Assembly (NCBI GenBank): GCA_965262915.1
Contig: OZ253564.1
Location: 3,040,001-3,104,000, forward strand
DNA: 64,000 bases
Source: Candidatus Spongiisociaceae bacterium
GTDB taxonomy: Bacteria > Actinomycetota > Acidimicrobiia > Spongiisociales > Spongiisociaceae
Direction: 5' to 3'
Numbering within the stretch: position 1 is the first letter of the stretch; each line of letters opens with the position of its first letter. The position numbers were made by a program, and so were the translations under genes. A model generated the notes under the pieces. It was given only the letters and a program-made list of their open reading frames with translations. It ran no database searches and had not been told where the DNA came from. Below are positions 26,895 to 37,735 of the stretch, piece after piece.

Positions 26895-28710
26895 CCTGAA
26901 TCCACCGACGGCCTCCCCGGGGGGTGGTCCGGGGTGCGGTTGGTGGGGGGTTGAGGGGTTGGGGCTGGTTGGATTCGGGGGGTTTCGGGGGTGTGGTGGG
27001 TGTGGTTTGGTGGGTTAGGTAGTGTTGGGGGCTGGTTGGGATGGTTTCGGGCGTGTGTGGTCGGGGTTTGGGTGGTTGGTTATGGTTGCGGCGGGTCCGT
27101 CGGGCCGGGTCAGCAGAGCTGTGGCAGCGCCCGGAGGTTAGTGAGGGTGGTTAGGTAGGCGCCGGCCCAGGGCCATCGGGCGGGTAGACGCAGGAGGCGG
27201 CGTCCGCCGTGGTTGACGAGGCGTCCAGGGAGTCCGAACAGTCGGGTACGGATGGTACGTCCACAGACCAGCCGCCCGGGCGGCTGCGTACCCCCGAGGA
27301 GGGCTATCTGCCGGTAGAGGTTATGGGCTAGGGCGGCGCAGATCAGCCAGGCGGCGTTAGCTGCGAAGACGCCGGAGGGTAGGTGGGCGAGACCCCCGGA
27401 GTCTTTGAGGTCGCGGATGGCGAGTTCGCATGTGGCGTGGCGGCGGTGGTACCGGTCGATTTCGACCGCGGGCAGCGGGCTGTGCGCTTCCCCAGGGTTG
27501 TCACCGATCTCTACCACCGGCAGTTCGGCCACTTCGGTGTCTTGTTCGCCGCGGCGGGGTTGGTGACCGGTGTCGTCTTGTCCGGCCCCGGGTTGGTGGC
27601 GCCGGTCGGCTTCTGCCGCGGGCAGGTCCAGGTTGGTGACCAAGGTGTGGTACCGCCAGTCGGGCCACAGCTCGGCTTGGGAACCGACCAAGCGGGTGCG
27701 GCGCACTACCAGGCGAACCCGGCGTTTCTGCGACCGTTTCTTGGGGTTGGTCATCTCCAGGACTGTTTCCCCCACTTGTGCCAGCCCGCCTTCGGGATAG
27801 GCAATGGGGGTCCACGCGTCTTTGTCGATATTGCTGATCAGTGTCCTAATCTTGGCATTCAGCGGGCAGGTGATCGACCAGCCCACCCCGAGGCGGTCGA
27901 GGGCGGCCAAGAGGGTATAGGACCAGAACCCCGAATCGGCCCGCACGCTCACCGGGCCCCTGGCCCCGGCCCGTCGCACACGCCGCACTGTCTCCCCAAC
28001 GAAATGGACCACACCCCTCTGCGATGCTCCTTCCCGCAGACGGGCGCCGACCACTTCCCCCGTATCGGCTCGGAACGCCAACAGCGGGTGATAACCCAAC
28101 TCTTTGGTGTAGCCATAGGCGGCCCCTTGTTTGGTCTTGGCAGACACCTCACAGATCGTCGAGTCCACATCGAGGGTCACCGCTCCCTTGCCGGGACCGG
28201 CGCCCGCCCGCCACGCACGGCCCAGCGCTACGGTCACCACCTTCTCCAACTGGCGTACATGACCCCAGGTGAACGAACGCAGGAAGGTTCCCACAGTGGA
28301 CGGGGCCATCACCGCATGGGGCAGCACCCGGTCGGTGGAACCGGCCCGGAGCCGATCCACATGGTCAATATGGGAGGCGCCCACCAGCATCGCAGCTACC
28401 AACGTGCATACCTTACGACCCGGATGCGCGCCACCCACCCGGCCGCCCAACCGCACCGTCCGATCCACCAAACCTTCCAAACCCAAACGGTCCATCAACG
28501 TCCCGGCCGCCAACAACCCAGCGTCGGCCACCAGCCCCTCATCATCGAAAACCGCCTCATACCGGTCGATATTCTGCAATACTCCACTCACAGGAAGTGC
28601 CTCCAGACTCCGAGCCAATCACCATGTTTCGTATGGCTATTGTCCCAGATCAGAGGCACTTTCCGCGTCTATCCACCCCCAACCACAGAATATCTACCGG
28701 TGGATTCAGG
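26895..28710 (-). mobile_element. IS1380-family insertion sequence, 1816 bp
   Basis: IRs CCTGAATCCACCG/CGGTGGATTCAGG; 5-bp direct repeat CTTAG on both sides. Confidence 0.92.
27110..28618 (-). CDS. IS1380 DDE transposase
   Basis: TLDVDST, GYHPL, VRADSGF, HATCELAIRDLK, FAANAAW. Confidence 0.9.
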   Translation of the reverse strand: MARSLEALPVSGVLQNIDRYEAVFDDEGLVADAGLLAAGTLMDRLGLEGLVDRTVRLGGRVGGAHPGRKVCTLVAAMLVGASHIDHVDRLRAGSTDRVLPHAVMAPSTVGTFLRSFTWGHVRQLEKVVTVALGRAWRAGAGPGKGAVTLDVDSTICEVSAKTKQGAAYGYTKELGYHPLLAFRADTGEVVGARLREGASQRGVVHFVGETVRRVRRAGARGPVSVRADSGFWSYTLLAALDRLGVGWSITCPLNAKIRTLISNIDKDAWTPIAYPEGGLAQVGETVLEMTNPKKRSQKRRVRLVVRRTRLVGSQAELWPDWRYHTLVTNLDLPAAEADRRHQPGAGQDDTGHQPRRGEQDTEVAELPVVEIGDNPGEAHSPLPAVEIDRYHRRHATCELAIRDLKDSGGLAHLPSGVFAANAAWLICAALAHNLYRQIALLGGTQPPGRLVCGRTIRTRLFGLPGRLVNHGGRRLLRLPARWPWAGAYLTTLTNLRALPQLC

Positions 28711-28818
28711 CTTAGGAGGGTGGTGCAAAGCCCCTTCACGGCCCGTCGGCCGATGACATAATGCCTGTTCAGAGGAAGACGGGCCGTCGCTCCCCACCGT
28801 TTTGCCGCACCCTTCTAG
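28711..28818. mobile_element. MITE family B copy 5
   Basis: TTAGGAGGGTGGTGCAAA...TTTGCCGCACCCTTCTAG; right end coincides with the fumC stop codon. Confidence 0.85.
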
Positions 28819-30206
28819 AGCACGCCCCCTTCGGTCATCCGCTTGATGTCGAGCACCCGATCGAGTTCATCCGCGTCCAGCAGGCCCTTCTCCAGCACCA
28901 CCTCCCGGATGGTACGACCGGACGCGAAAGCCTCCTTGGCGACCTCGGCACCCCTGTCGTAGCCGATGCGGGGGTTGAGGGCGGTCACCACGATCAGGTT
29001 GGCCTCCACCAGCTTCCTCGCCCGTTCGGCATCGGCCTCGATGCCCTCCACACAACGCTCCCGGAGGGTGGACGAGGCGCTGGTCAGCAAATCGATCGCC
29101 TCCAGAAGGTTGTGGGCGATCATCGGCATCATCACGTTCAGCTCGAGGTTCCCGTTGGCAGCCCCCCATGTGATGGCGGCGTCGTTGCCGATCACGTGAG
29201 CGGCCACCTGCATGACCATCTCGGGGATGACCGGGTTCACCTTTCCGGGCATGATCGACGAGCCGGGTTGGAGGACCGGGAGCTTGATCTCGGCCAACCC
29301 GGTGCGAGGGCCGGACGAAAGCCAGCGGAGATCATTGGCGATCTTGAACAGTGACACCGCCACCACCTTGAGGGTTCCCGAAGCCATGACCACCGCGTCC
29401 TTGGCGGCCTGGGCTTCGAAGTGGTTGTCGGCCTCGCGGAACGGGATTCCGGTCCTTCGGCCGATCAACCCGATGACCGAGGCGGCGAAGCCGGGGGGAG
29501 CGTTGATACCCGTTCCGACCGCGGTTCCTCCGAGCGCCAACTCGTCGAGGTCGGGCACCACCGCCAGGAGGCGTTCGACACCCCGGCGCGCCTGGACCCC
29601 GTAGCCCGAGAACTCCTGGCCCAGAGTGACAGGGGTGGCATCCATCAGGTGGGTCCGGCCTGATTTGACCACCTCCGAGAAGGCTGTCGCCCGAGTCTCC
29701 AGTGAGACTGCCAAGCCCTGCAGGGCGGGGATGAGACCCTCGCGTACGGCGGCCGACGCAGCTATGTGTATGGCAGTGGGTATCACATCGTTGGAGGACT
29801 GGCCGAAGTTCACGTGGTCGTTGGGATGTATCAACCGGTCACCGATCCCGCCGCCCAGAAGTTGGCCGGCCCGGTTGGCGATGACCTCATTGGTGTTGGT
29901 GTTGGTCGAGGTTCCCGATCCGGTCTGGAAGATATCGAGCACGAAGTGGCTGTCTAGGAGACCGGCCATCACCTCATCAGCGGCCCGGGCGATGGCAGAG
30001 GCTGTCTCGTCGGGCAGGTACCCGGCCTGCCCGGAGACATGGGCGGCCGAGCTCTTGATCAACCCGAGAGCCCAGATGAACCGGCGGCCGAACCGCAGGT
30101 TCGAGATAGGGAAGTTCTCCACCGCCCGCTGCGTCGAAGCTCCATACAAGGCGTCGGCAGGAACCTCGACCTCACCCATCGAGTCCTTCTCAACCCTGTA
30201 TCCCAC
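28815..30206 (-). CDS. fumC: class II fumarate hydratase
   Basis: [34 protein letters not shown]. Confidence 0.93.
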   Translation of the reverse strand: MGYRVEKDSMGEVEVPADALYGASTQRAVENFPISNLRFGRRFIWALGLIKSSAAHVSGQAGYLPDETASAIARAADEVMAGLLDSHFVLDIFQTGSGTSTNTNTNEVIANRAGQLLGGGIGDRLIHPNDHVNFGQSSNDVIPTAIHIAASAAVREGLIPALQGLAVSLETRATAFSEVVKSGRTHLMDATPVTLGQEFSGYGVQARRGVERLLAVVPDLDELALGGTAVGTGINAPPGFAASVIGLIGRRTGIPFREADNHFEAQAAKDAVVMASGTLKVVAVSLFKIANDLRWLSSGPRTGLAEIKLPVLQPGSSIMPGKVNPVIPEMVMQVAAHVIGNDAAITWGAANGNLELNVMMPMIAHNLLEAIDLLTSASSTLRERCVEGIEADAERARKLVEANLIVVTALNPRIGYDRGAEVAKEAFASGRTIREVVLEKGLLDADELDRVLDIKRMTEGGVL

Positions 30207-30365
30207 GTATTCCTCCCCGACCGGCCGGCACTCTCCCGTCGTCAAGACCTGCAAGGTTACCGTGCCGGGCCGGCCCACCAGAGAGTTGGAAACCGTAGGA
30301 GCATATAGTATGCATCCGGTGGACGGAGTATGATATACGGTGACAGAATTCCATACGGAGAAGTT

Positions 30366-30581
30366 ATGCGGATATCGGAACGTGGCCAGATCACCATCCC
30401 CAAACGGTTGAGGGATCAGTACGGGCTTACCCACAACGTGGAGGTGGAGATCACCCCCACCGAGATGGGCCTGCTCGTCCGGAAGCACACAACATCGAAG
30501 CATCCGGTGGATCGGGTGTACGGAATCCTGGACAGCGACGAGAGCGTCGACGACTACATCGAGGCAATCCGCGGCCGATGA
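30366..30581 (+). CDS. AbrB/MazE-type antitoxin (VapB-like)
   Basis: [13 protein letters not shown] AbrB motif; ATGA overlap with PIN gene. Confidence 0.88.
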   Translation: MRISERGQITIPKRLRDQYGLTHNVEVEITPTEMGLLVRKHTTSKHPVDRVYGILDSDESVDDYIEAIRGR

Positions 30582-30970
30582 TCACCGCGGTGGACACGAA
30601 CGTCCTGCTGGACGTCTTCCTTGCCGGTGCGCCTCATGGTCGACAGTCCAGGGACTGGCTCAGAGATGCCTACGACCGTGGGGCGATTCGCATCTGCAAC
30701 GTGGTCTACGCAGAACTCGTACCGGTGTTCGGCGGTCGAGCTTCCCTCGACGGTGCGCTCCGAGAACTCGGCGTCGCGGTTACTCCGATCGACAACGCCA
30801 TGGCCTACGAGGCCGGGATGCGTTGGCTGCCCTACCGCCGGTCCGGTGGCCCGAGGAAGCGGATCTTCACGGACTTCCTCATCGGCGCCCACGCCCTCTC
30901 ATCGGCCGATGCGTTTCTTACCCGAGATCGTGGCTTCTCCAGGTATTTCCCGGAACTGACGCCGGAGTGA
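30578..30970 (+). CDS. PIN-domain toxin (VapC-like)
   Basis: [25 protein letters not shown]. Confidence 0.9.
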   Translation: MITAVDTNVLLDVFLAGAPHGRQSRDWLRDAYDRGAIRICNVVYAELVPVFGGRASLDGALRELGVAVTPIDNAMAYEAGMRWLPYRRSGGPRKRIFTDFLIGAHALSSADAFLTRDRGFSRYFPELTPE

Positions 30971-31194
30971 GAGGTCCGCGGGTAGGCAGAGGCCGATCCC
31001 CCCTGTCCTCGGCCCTCCTGCCGCTGCTCGAGGAACACCTGGTCGTCGCTGTCGCCTCGTTAAGGGCCGCACACTCGGTCTGCCCTGGGTGAGCACGTAT
31101 CCGCGGACTCTCCGGGGCATACTCGACTCGAAGCGGTCGCCGTAGTCGCAACCTCGTTCGGATCATGCTCGGGGTCCGTCGGGGAGCGGGCCGG

Positions 31195-31328
31195 GTGACA
31201 TATTCCGGCAGTTGCGTTCAAGGTCCGCAAACGGCGGCGGTCCCGCGAGCGGCACACGCAGAGGTGGAATGCAGCGAAGGGCGTAGATGGCTGCTGGGAC
31301 ACACCAAACCGTCTTGCAGGCCGGCGAT
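31195..31328. mobile_element. degenerate MITE family A copy
   Basis: CCGGCAG..GCGTT..CAAGG...GCAGCGAAGGGCGTAGATGGC...TTGCAG aligns with 1333-1458. Confidence 0.55.
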
Positions 31329-31352
31329 TGCCTCCCACCCCGCCAATAACCT

Positions 31353-32042
31353 ATGTCTATGAGCACAGGGAATTTGCTCCTAGTCGAGGATGATCGAGGG
31401 GTGCGGGAGTCGTTGTGCCGCGCCCTCGAGTTGGAGGGGTTCGATGTGTGCGCGGCGTCCGACGGCCTTGTGGCGCTCGACATGCTCATTGCGCACACTC
31501 CCGACACCATCATCCTCGACGTGATGATGCCGCGCCTCGACGGGTTGGAAGTGGCCCGGCGGGTCCGTGCCCGCGGGGATACCACGCCGATCCTCATGCT
31601 TACTGCCCGCCATGAGGTGTCGAGCCGAGTTGACGGCCTCGACGCCGGCGCCGACGACTATCTGGTCAAGCCCTTCGCCCTCGACGAACTGCTTGCTCGG
31701 ATCCGGGCCTTGCTTCGTCGCAGCGGGCTCTCCGGGCAGGGCAACCGGTTACGTCTGGCGGACCTGTCGCTCGACCCGGCTGCCCGCCGGGTCTTCAGGC
31801 GAAGTCGGGAGATCATCCTGACCAAGACCGAGTTCGACCTGCTGGAACTACTGCTGTTCAACGTCCGGATCGTGCTCTCGCGGGGCGTGATCATGGATCG
31901 GATCTGGGGATACGACTTCGAGACCAGCTCCAATCCGCTCGAGGTGTACATCGGTTACCTGCGCCGGAAGCTGGAGGCTGCCGGGGAGCCGCGGCTCATC
32001 CACACCGTTCGAGGCGTGGGATACGTGGCGAGGGAACGGTGA
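31353..32042 (+). CDS. OmpR-family response regulator, MprA-like
   Basis: [37 protein letters not shown]. Confidence 0.92.
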   Translation: MSMSTGNLLLVEDDRGVRESLCRALELEGFDVCAASDGLVALDMLIAHTPDTIILDVMMPRLDGLEVARRVRARGDTTPILMLTARHEVSSRVDGLDAGADDYLVKPFALDELLARIRALLRRSGLSGQGNRLRLADLSLDPAARRVFRRSREIILTKTEFDLLELLLFNVRIVLSRGVIMDRIWGYDFETSSNPLEVYIGYLRRKLEAAGEPRLIHTVRGVGYVARER

Positions 32043-33410
32043 GCCTGCGCTGGAGATGGGCGCTTGGCCTGGGAATGGTGGCCGCTCTGGCCATCGGCCT
32101 CACTACCTCCGCCGCCATTGTATCTGCCAAACGCCAGCTACAGGCGACAGTCGATGTGGACTTGAGAGAGCGAGCGGTGGAGGTCAACCGGTGGGCCGGG
32201 GTACTGCTCACCAACGGTCGGAACGTCCCTCGGCGCCTCCAACCAAGGATCATCGATTTCGACGCGGTCGTTCAGGCCTTCGACACCGACGGCACAGTCG
32301 TCCTGCGGATGGGGCGGGAGGGAGTGGCTCCACCGATCGAGGCAACGGATCTGGCCGTTCTGGCAGGTGGGCGGAGATCGTTGATCCGGGATGTGCGCAT
32401 AGACGGCACCCCCTACCGGATGATCACCCTGAGAGTGGCGCGCGCGACCGCTTACGAGACCGGCCCGTTGGCGTTTCAGATCGCGACCGACCGGTCGCGG
32501 GTCGATACCAACCTTAAGGCGCCGACCCGCTCGCTGGTCTTGATAGGGGTGGTAGGTGTACTTCTGGTGGCGTTCACCGGCTGGGTCCTTGCCTCCCGGG
32601 CGGTGCGGCCGGTTGAGGACCTCCACCGAGGCGGCTGAACAGATAGCCTTCACTGAACAGTTGGATACCGGGGGACAACTGGATACGTCTGCTCCCGGCG
32701 AGATCGGTCGGTTGGCCGCTGCTTTCTCCTCGATGCTCGGCGCTCTGTCGGCCTCGAGGCACCAGCAGCAGCGGCTCGTGTCCGATGCCGGTCACGAGTT
32801 CCGGACGCCGATCACAGCTCTCAAGACCAATCTCGAAATCCTCAGGCGGCAGGGCGACAGCCTGTCGAGCCGTCAGCGAGCTGAACTTGTCGAAGCGGCC
32901 CATTCGGAGTCGAACCAACTAGCCGCTCTGGCTGCCGAGTTGGTCGATCTCGCCTCTGATGTGCATCACACCGACGAGAAGATCACCAACTTGGATCTCG
33001 AGTTGCTGGCCACGGAGGTCGCCAACCGCCACCGCCGGGTTGGTGATAGGAAGATCGTGGTCTCGGGAGAGGGCGCGACGGTGACCGGACGGAGGTCGCA
33101 GTTGGAACGGGCGCTCGGAAACCTGGTCGACAATGGGATCAAGTGGGCAAGTGCGAACGTGGAGATCGTCCTGGATGGATCCACGGTGACCGTTATCGAT
33201 GACGGCCCCGGTGTCGCTGAGCATGAGATCCAACACATTTTCGAGCGTTTCTACCGGTCACGCGAGGCCCGCTCAACACCCGGCACCGGGCTCGGACTGG
33301 CCATCGTGGAACATCTGGTGGTTGCACATGGCGGAACCGTCTTCGCGCGCAATGCTCAATCCGGCGGGGCCGAAGTGGGCTTCACGCTGCCCGTAACCCA
33401 TGATCCGTGA
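32039..33410 (+). pseudogene. HAMP sensor histidine kinase (MprB-like), frameshifted near 32624
   Basis: TM/sensor/HAMP start in one frame; DAGHEFRTP, NLVDN, DDGPG, GTGLGL in another; extra C in GAC CTC C ACC GAG. Confidence 0.85.
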
Positions 33411-33559
33411 TGTCCCGGTTCCAATGGCAGCCCCAGCCGGGATCGTCCACTCCCTTCGCCCTCTGGTCCGGGACGGTGTGGGTGATGATGCGGTAACGGG
33501 CCTCGGCGGAGGCTACCGAGACCCGTTACCGGAGGGGAGACGGCTAGTCGGCTGTCAGA

Positions 33560-34042
33560 TCAGGCATCCTCGACACTGGATTCGGATGCCTCCTTCTCTG
33601 CATGCCGGTGACGACCACCGCCTCCATAACATTTGCCATGCTCGGAGCGGACGTCCTCCAACTCCTCCTTCGTGATCTGCCCGTCTTCGAGCGCACCGGC
33701 GAAGGGTCCATCCGGGTCTGTAAGCCGAGCCGCGAAGGGAAGCTCCGCTATCTCCTCACAAGTCAGCACATCGTCCTCCAAGAACGACTCCAACTGAGCC
33801 CGTGCTGTCCGGCGGGCTTCCAGAACCTCGGCCCTCTTCTCCTCGAACGCCGCAACGATTGCGTCGGACTGCTCCTGGGTGATGGTCTCGCCTTCTACGA
33901 GGTCTTCCAGGACTTGTTCCAACAGGCCTGCTCTCTCGTATCGGGATCTGTGTTCGGATCCGTGATGGCCGGCTCGTGCCCATGCAATCGTTGCAACCCC
34001 CAGCACGAGGACCGCAACCACCGGAATGACTATCTTGCGCAT
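33560..34042 (-). CDS. secreted helical hypothetical protein
   Basis: AGAAAGGAG RBS, signal MRKIVIPVVAVLVLGVATIAWA, repeated G.IT.E motifs, His/Gly patches. Confidence 0.8.
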   Translation of the reverse strand: MRKIVIPVVAVLVLGVATIAWARAGHHGSEHRSRYERAGLLEQVLEDLVEGETITQEQSDAIVAAFEEKRAEVLEARRTARAQLESFLEDDVLTCEEIAELPFAARLTDPDGPFAGALEDGQITKEELEDVRSEHGKCYGGGGRHRHAEKEASESSVEDA

Positions 34043-34094
34043 ACCTTGCTCCTTTCTCCAACCGGTTATGCAGAGCAAATCGTCCAATCCCAAC

Positions 34095-34133
34095 CTGTGC
34101 CTTTCCTGAGAGCAACCTGAAGATTCCGTGAGA
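34095..34133 (-). promoter_or_regulatory. four TCTCAG-like direct repeats at 11-bp period (MprA/OmpR-type box)
   Basis: Minus strand TCTCAC-N5-CTTCAG-N5-TCTCAG-N5-GCACAG. Confidence 0.65.
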
Positions 34134-34193
34134 AACGACGCGTGTGACAGTTACCTGACCTCAGCCGTCGGGGACGCGCGACGGGGGATAGTT

Positions 34194-34294
34194 CTAGGAG
34201 AATGCTGGAGAACGGGTAAATGATTGGCCCGTCCTCCGCTGACGTGGCACTCTGTCAGTCGGGCCAACGGTGGGGCTTTTCAGCACCCTCCTAG
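34194..34294. mobile_element. MITE family B copy 6
   Basis: CTAG-GAGAATGCTG...CAGCACCCTC-CTAG. Confidence 0.85.
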
Positions 34295-34427
34295 ACCGTG
34301 CTTATTCAGATACACCCTGTAGTACCGTTATACAACGTGCCCATCGTTGTGCAGCAAGACTGTGCTATGGCATCAAGCTTCAGAGGGCGGTCCCAAAGGA
34401 ACCAGCGAGAGTCGAGCGCGCTTCTGC

Positions 34428-35231
34428 CTAGAGGTCGAAGGGGGTGTCGGTGAACATGTCGCTCACCTTCGGCTTGGGCCGCTCGGAGGCGGGAGCAGTC
34501 AATCCGAGCCGGGACCGTACCGCCGCGTATCCGCCCGCTTCCAGCTCGTCTGCCAGATCCGGACCGCCGGACTCGACGATACGGCCTCCGATCATGATGT
34601 GGACCCGGTCGGGTACCGCGTACTTGAGGATCCGGCTGTAGTGGGTGATCACCAGCACCGCCACCTCATCGCTACGCATAGCCGACACCGCCTGTGCCAC
34701 CTGTTTGACGGTATCGATGTCGAGGCCCGAATCGACTTCGTCCAACACCATCACCGTGGGTTCCAGTACGGCCATCTGGAATATCTCGGAACGCTTCTTC
34801 TCGCCTCCCGACAGATTCCCGTTGACCGAGCGGCTGAGAAACCGCTCCATGCCGAACCGACGGGCCTCCGCTGCTATCCGGCCTCCCACGTCCGAGGCAG
34901 AGGCCCCTAGGGAGATAGCGGCTTCCTCGACGAACACGGACAGGTCCAGGCCAGGAATCTCCACGGGGTATTGGAAGGCTTGGAGCAACCCGGCTCTCGC
35001 CCGCTCGTCGACGCCCAAGTCGGTAAGGGACCGACCGTCTACGAGTATCGTTCCTGATACCTGGTAGCCCGATTTCCCGGCCAGCACATGGCAGAGGGTG
35101 GACTTTCCTGAGCCGTTGGGACCCATGATGGCGTGCACCTCGCCGAAAGGCACGCTGAGGTCCACGCCTTTGAGGATGTCCAGACTACCCACAGAAGCCT
35201 TCAGACCCTCGACCCGGAGCGCGGTCGTCAT
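34428..35231 (-). CDS. sufC: Fe-S assembly ATPase SufC (paralog 2)
   Basis: GPNGSGKST, QAFQYP, LSGGEKKR, DEVDSGLD, ITHY; extra C-terminal tail. Confidence 0.9.
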   Translation of the reverse strand: MTTALRVEGLKASVGSLDILKGVDLSVPFGEVHAIMGPNGSGKSTLCHVLAGKSGYQVSGTILVDGRSLTDLGVDERARAGLLQAFQYPVEIPGLDLSVFVEEAAISLGASASDVGGRIAAEARRFGMERFLSRSVNGNLSGGEKKRSEIFQMAVLEPTVMVLDEVDSGLDIDTVKQVAQAVSAMRSDEVAVLVITHYSRILKYAVPDRVHIMIGGRIVESGGPDLADELEAGGYAAVRSRLGLTAPASERPKPKVSDMFTDTPFDL

Positions 35232-35554
35232 GGCTCCCCCCGTCCGGGCTCGAGTCCCACCATCACCACCCCGTGCTCGACCCGCACCGTGTAGGTGGGG
35301 ACCGGGCGGGTGGCGGGGAGGGAATCGGGGCGGCCGGTCCGCACGTCGAACTCGGAGCCGTGCCGGGGACACTCCACGTCGTAGTCGAACAACTCACCCT
35401 CGGCCAAGGAAGCGTCGGCATGGCTGCACCGGTCGCCGATCACGAAAAAGTCGTCCTCGATACGGAACACGGCCAGACGGTGACCAGCCACCTCCACTCT
35501 CGTACCTTCCCCGTCGAGGAACGTGTCCGCGTCACCTACCCGTATCCACTCCAT
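35228..35554 (-). CDS. Rieske-type ferredoxin
   Basis: CSH...CPRH motif. Confidence 0.92.
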   Translation of the reverse strand: MEWIRVGDADTFLDGEGTRVEVAGHRLAVFRIEDDFFVIGDRCSHADASLAEGELFDYDVECPRHGSEFDVRTGRPDSLPATRPVPTYTVRVEHGVVMVGLEPGRGEP

Positions 35555-36822
35555 CAGAAGCTCCCCCTCTGCTGGGCACCTGCGAACTTGGCCGCCACCG
35601 CTGCCCGCGAAGGTGGCGCCAGACCGGGAACCGCCAGTTTGGAAAGGATCTCGTTGAAGAACCCGCGAACCAGGAGGCGTTCCGCCTTGTCGGTGGGTAG
35701 ACCGCGGCTCATGAGGTAGTACAACTGGTCCTCGTCGAGCGGGCCGGAAGACGACCCGTGACCGCACTGGAGATCATCGGTGAGGATCTCCAGGTTGGGT
35801 ATCGAGTGGACCTTGGCACCGTCGGACAGCACCAGGTTGCGGTTGGTCTCGAATGCGGAAGTTCCCACCGCCGGGTTCTCGATGCGCATCAACCCGGCCC
35901 ACACCGCCTGGGCTCTATCGGCCACCGCCCCTTTGAGGAAGATGTCGGATGTGGTGTGGGGGCCGTAGTGGGTCACATGGATCCGGTAGTCGAGCACCTG
36001 CCTGCCGTCGCCGAAGTAGATTCCACCCATCTTGACGGACGAGCCCAGACCCTGGAGCGAGATACCCAGACGTTGGCGAGCGTACCGACCGCCCAAGCCG
36101 ATCTCGTCTATGCGTAGAGTCGCATCGCGGTCGGCTACGAACTGGTGGTGGGCGACCATCCGGGCCGAGTCCGCCAAGCGTTGTACCACCGACACGGTCA
36201 GCCTGGCATTCCGGTCGGCCAGTACCTCCAGGATCGGGCATACGAGTACCCGGGCGCCCGGAGCGGAACGGTACACCACGACCACCGACGCCTCCGAGCC
36301 GGGTCCTCCGATGACCATTATGTGGGGGAAGACGGCCGCACCGTCGGTCACCGACTGAACATCCACCACCACCGGCGCGGTCACCGCGCGCCTGGCCGGG
36401 ACGAGGATGGCCGCGCCGGGAGGGCCGAAAGCGTGGTTGGCGGCGGTGAAGATATCGATATCGGGCGGCGCGGCGACGCCGTAGCGGGACCGTACGTGCT
36501 CTTCGGGCATCTCCGAGATTGCCCCGACGGTGACCTCGTCCCCCTCGCTGTCCACCACCGTCCCATCCACCAGCGTCACGCGGGCGACCGAGCCACCCAG
36601 TGCCTCCAGGTACTCATCACTTCCCAGCTCGCCGGACGGCTGCGGGACGGGACCATAGTCATCGAGCGAGAAGTCGAGATCGACATACTTCCAATCCTCG
36701 TCGCCGGCAGACGGCATCGAAGACTCGGACCAGACTTCGAGACCGCGGCGCCGGAGGGGCGCCAACCAGTCAGGGGCGGCATCTGACTTCGAAAGGGCTG
36801 CAAATGGTGATGATCCGGGCAC
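35554..36822 (-). CDS. sufD: Fe-S assembly protein SufD
   Basis: DEDWKY, PNLEILTDDLQCGHGS, QLYYLMSRG; GGAGGA RBS before GTG. Confidence 0.9.
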   Translation of the reverse strand: MPGSSPFAALSKSDAAPDWLAPLRRRGLEVWSESSMPSAGDEDWKYVDLDFSLDDYGPVPQPSGELGSDEYLEALGGSVARVTLVDGTVVDSEGDEVTVGAISEMPEEHVRSRYGVAAPPDIDIFTAANHAFGPPGAAILVPARRAVTAPVVVDVQSVTDGAAVFPHIMVIGGPGSEASVVVVYRSAPGARVLVCPILEVLADRNARLTVSVVQRLADSARMVAHHQFVADRDATLRIDEIGLGGRYARQRLGISLQGLGSSVKMGGIYFGDGRQVLDYRIHVTHYGPHTTSDIFLKGAVADRAQAVWAGLMRIENPAVGTSAFETNRNLVLSDGAKVHSIPNLEILTDDLQCGHGSSSGPLDEDQLYYLMSRGLPTDKAERLLVRGFFNEILSKLAVPGLAPPSRAAVAAKFAGAQQRGSF

Positions 36823-37039
36823 GGACCGATCCTCCACATCGTGGGTGTCGCATGGTAGACGGGTTCCCCATCGTATTAGCACTATCGCCGTAGTGCGAAG
36901 CCGGTGCTCGCTGACAGATGGCCGGATCAAGGCGTTGACTGCTCCACCTTGTTATAGCTACCAGCTAACGGACGCACAATCACCATTGGCAAAGGTCCGC
37001 TGGCACCGTTCGACCCCCCAGGCTACTCCTCCAACGGCG

Positions 37040-37735
37040 CTACCGGTCACCGATCGCCCCGGCAGCCCTCTCGAAGACGCTGTCCAGCATCTCCTGGGTG
37101 AGCCGCCCGGTGAAGGTGTTCTGCTGGGAAGGGTGGTAGCAACCGATGAGAAGGGGAGCGCCGGGGCCGAGTTCCACCTCCACCCCGTGGCCGAATCGGG
37201 GGCGAGGACGAGGAACCTCCCATCCCCGCTTGAGGCCGAGCCGCAGCGTCTGGTCGAAGGCCATACCTCCGAGGGCAACGATCACCTGCACCCGGCGGCA
37301 CAGATCGAGTTCGGCATCCAGCCAGACCGCGCAGGTGTCCCGCTCCGCGGGGGTCGGGCGGTTACCGGGCGGTACGCACCTCACGATGGCGGTTATGGCG
37401 GCGTCGCGGAGTTCGAACCCGTCGTCGCGGCTGACTGCCACCGGACGGTTGGCGAATCCCGTCCGGTAGAGGGCTCGGAACAGCCACTCGCCGGAGCGGT
37501 CGCCAGTGAACATGCGACCGGTCCGGTTGGACCCGTGGGCGCCCGGTGCGAGGCCGATCATGAGCAGCCGAGCGGTCGGGCCGCCCAGCATCGGCACCGG
37601 GCGGGCCCAGTACTCCTGGTCGGCATAGGCGGCCCTCTTGGAGGCCCCCACATGCTCGCGCCACGCGACCAGTCTCGGGCAGCGGCGGCACTCGATCAGT
37701 TCCTCCTGGGTCCGCCTGAAGGCTTGGTCACTCAC
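37040..37735 (-). CDS. uracil-DNA glycosylase family 5 (UdgB-like)
   Basis: [29 protein letters not shown]. Confidence 0.92.
   Translation of the reverse strand: MSDQAFRRTQEELIECRRCPRLVAWREHVGASKRAAYADQEYWARPVPMLGGPTARLLMIGLAPGAHGSNRTGRMFTGDRSGEWLFRALYRTGFANRPVAVSRDDGFELRDAAITAIVRCVPPGNRPTPAERDTCAVWLDAELDLCRRVQVIVALGGMAFDQTLRLGLKRGWEVPRPRPRFGHGVEVELGPGAPLLIGCYHPSQQNTFTGRLTQEMLDSVFERAAGAIGDR

Noticed and set aside
26905-27105. Strongly G/T-skewed tract as a stand-alone G-quadruplex or repeat element
   Set aside because: Lies inside the IS1380 boundaries as its 3' non-coding region; no evidence of independent function
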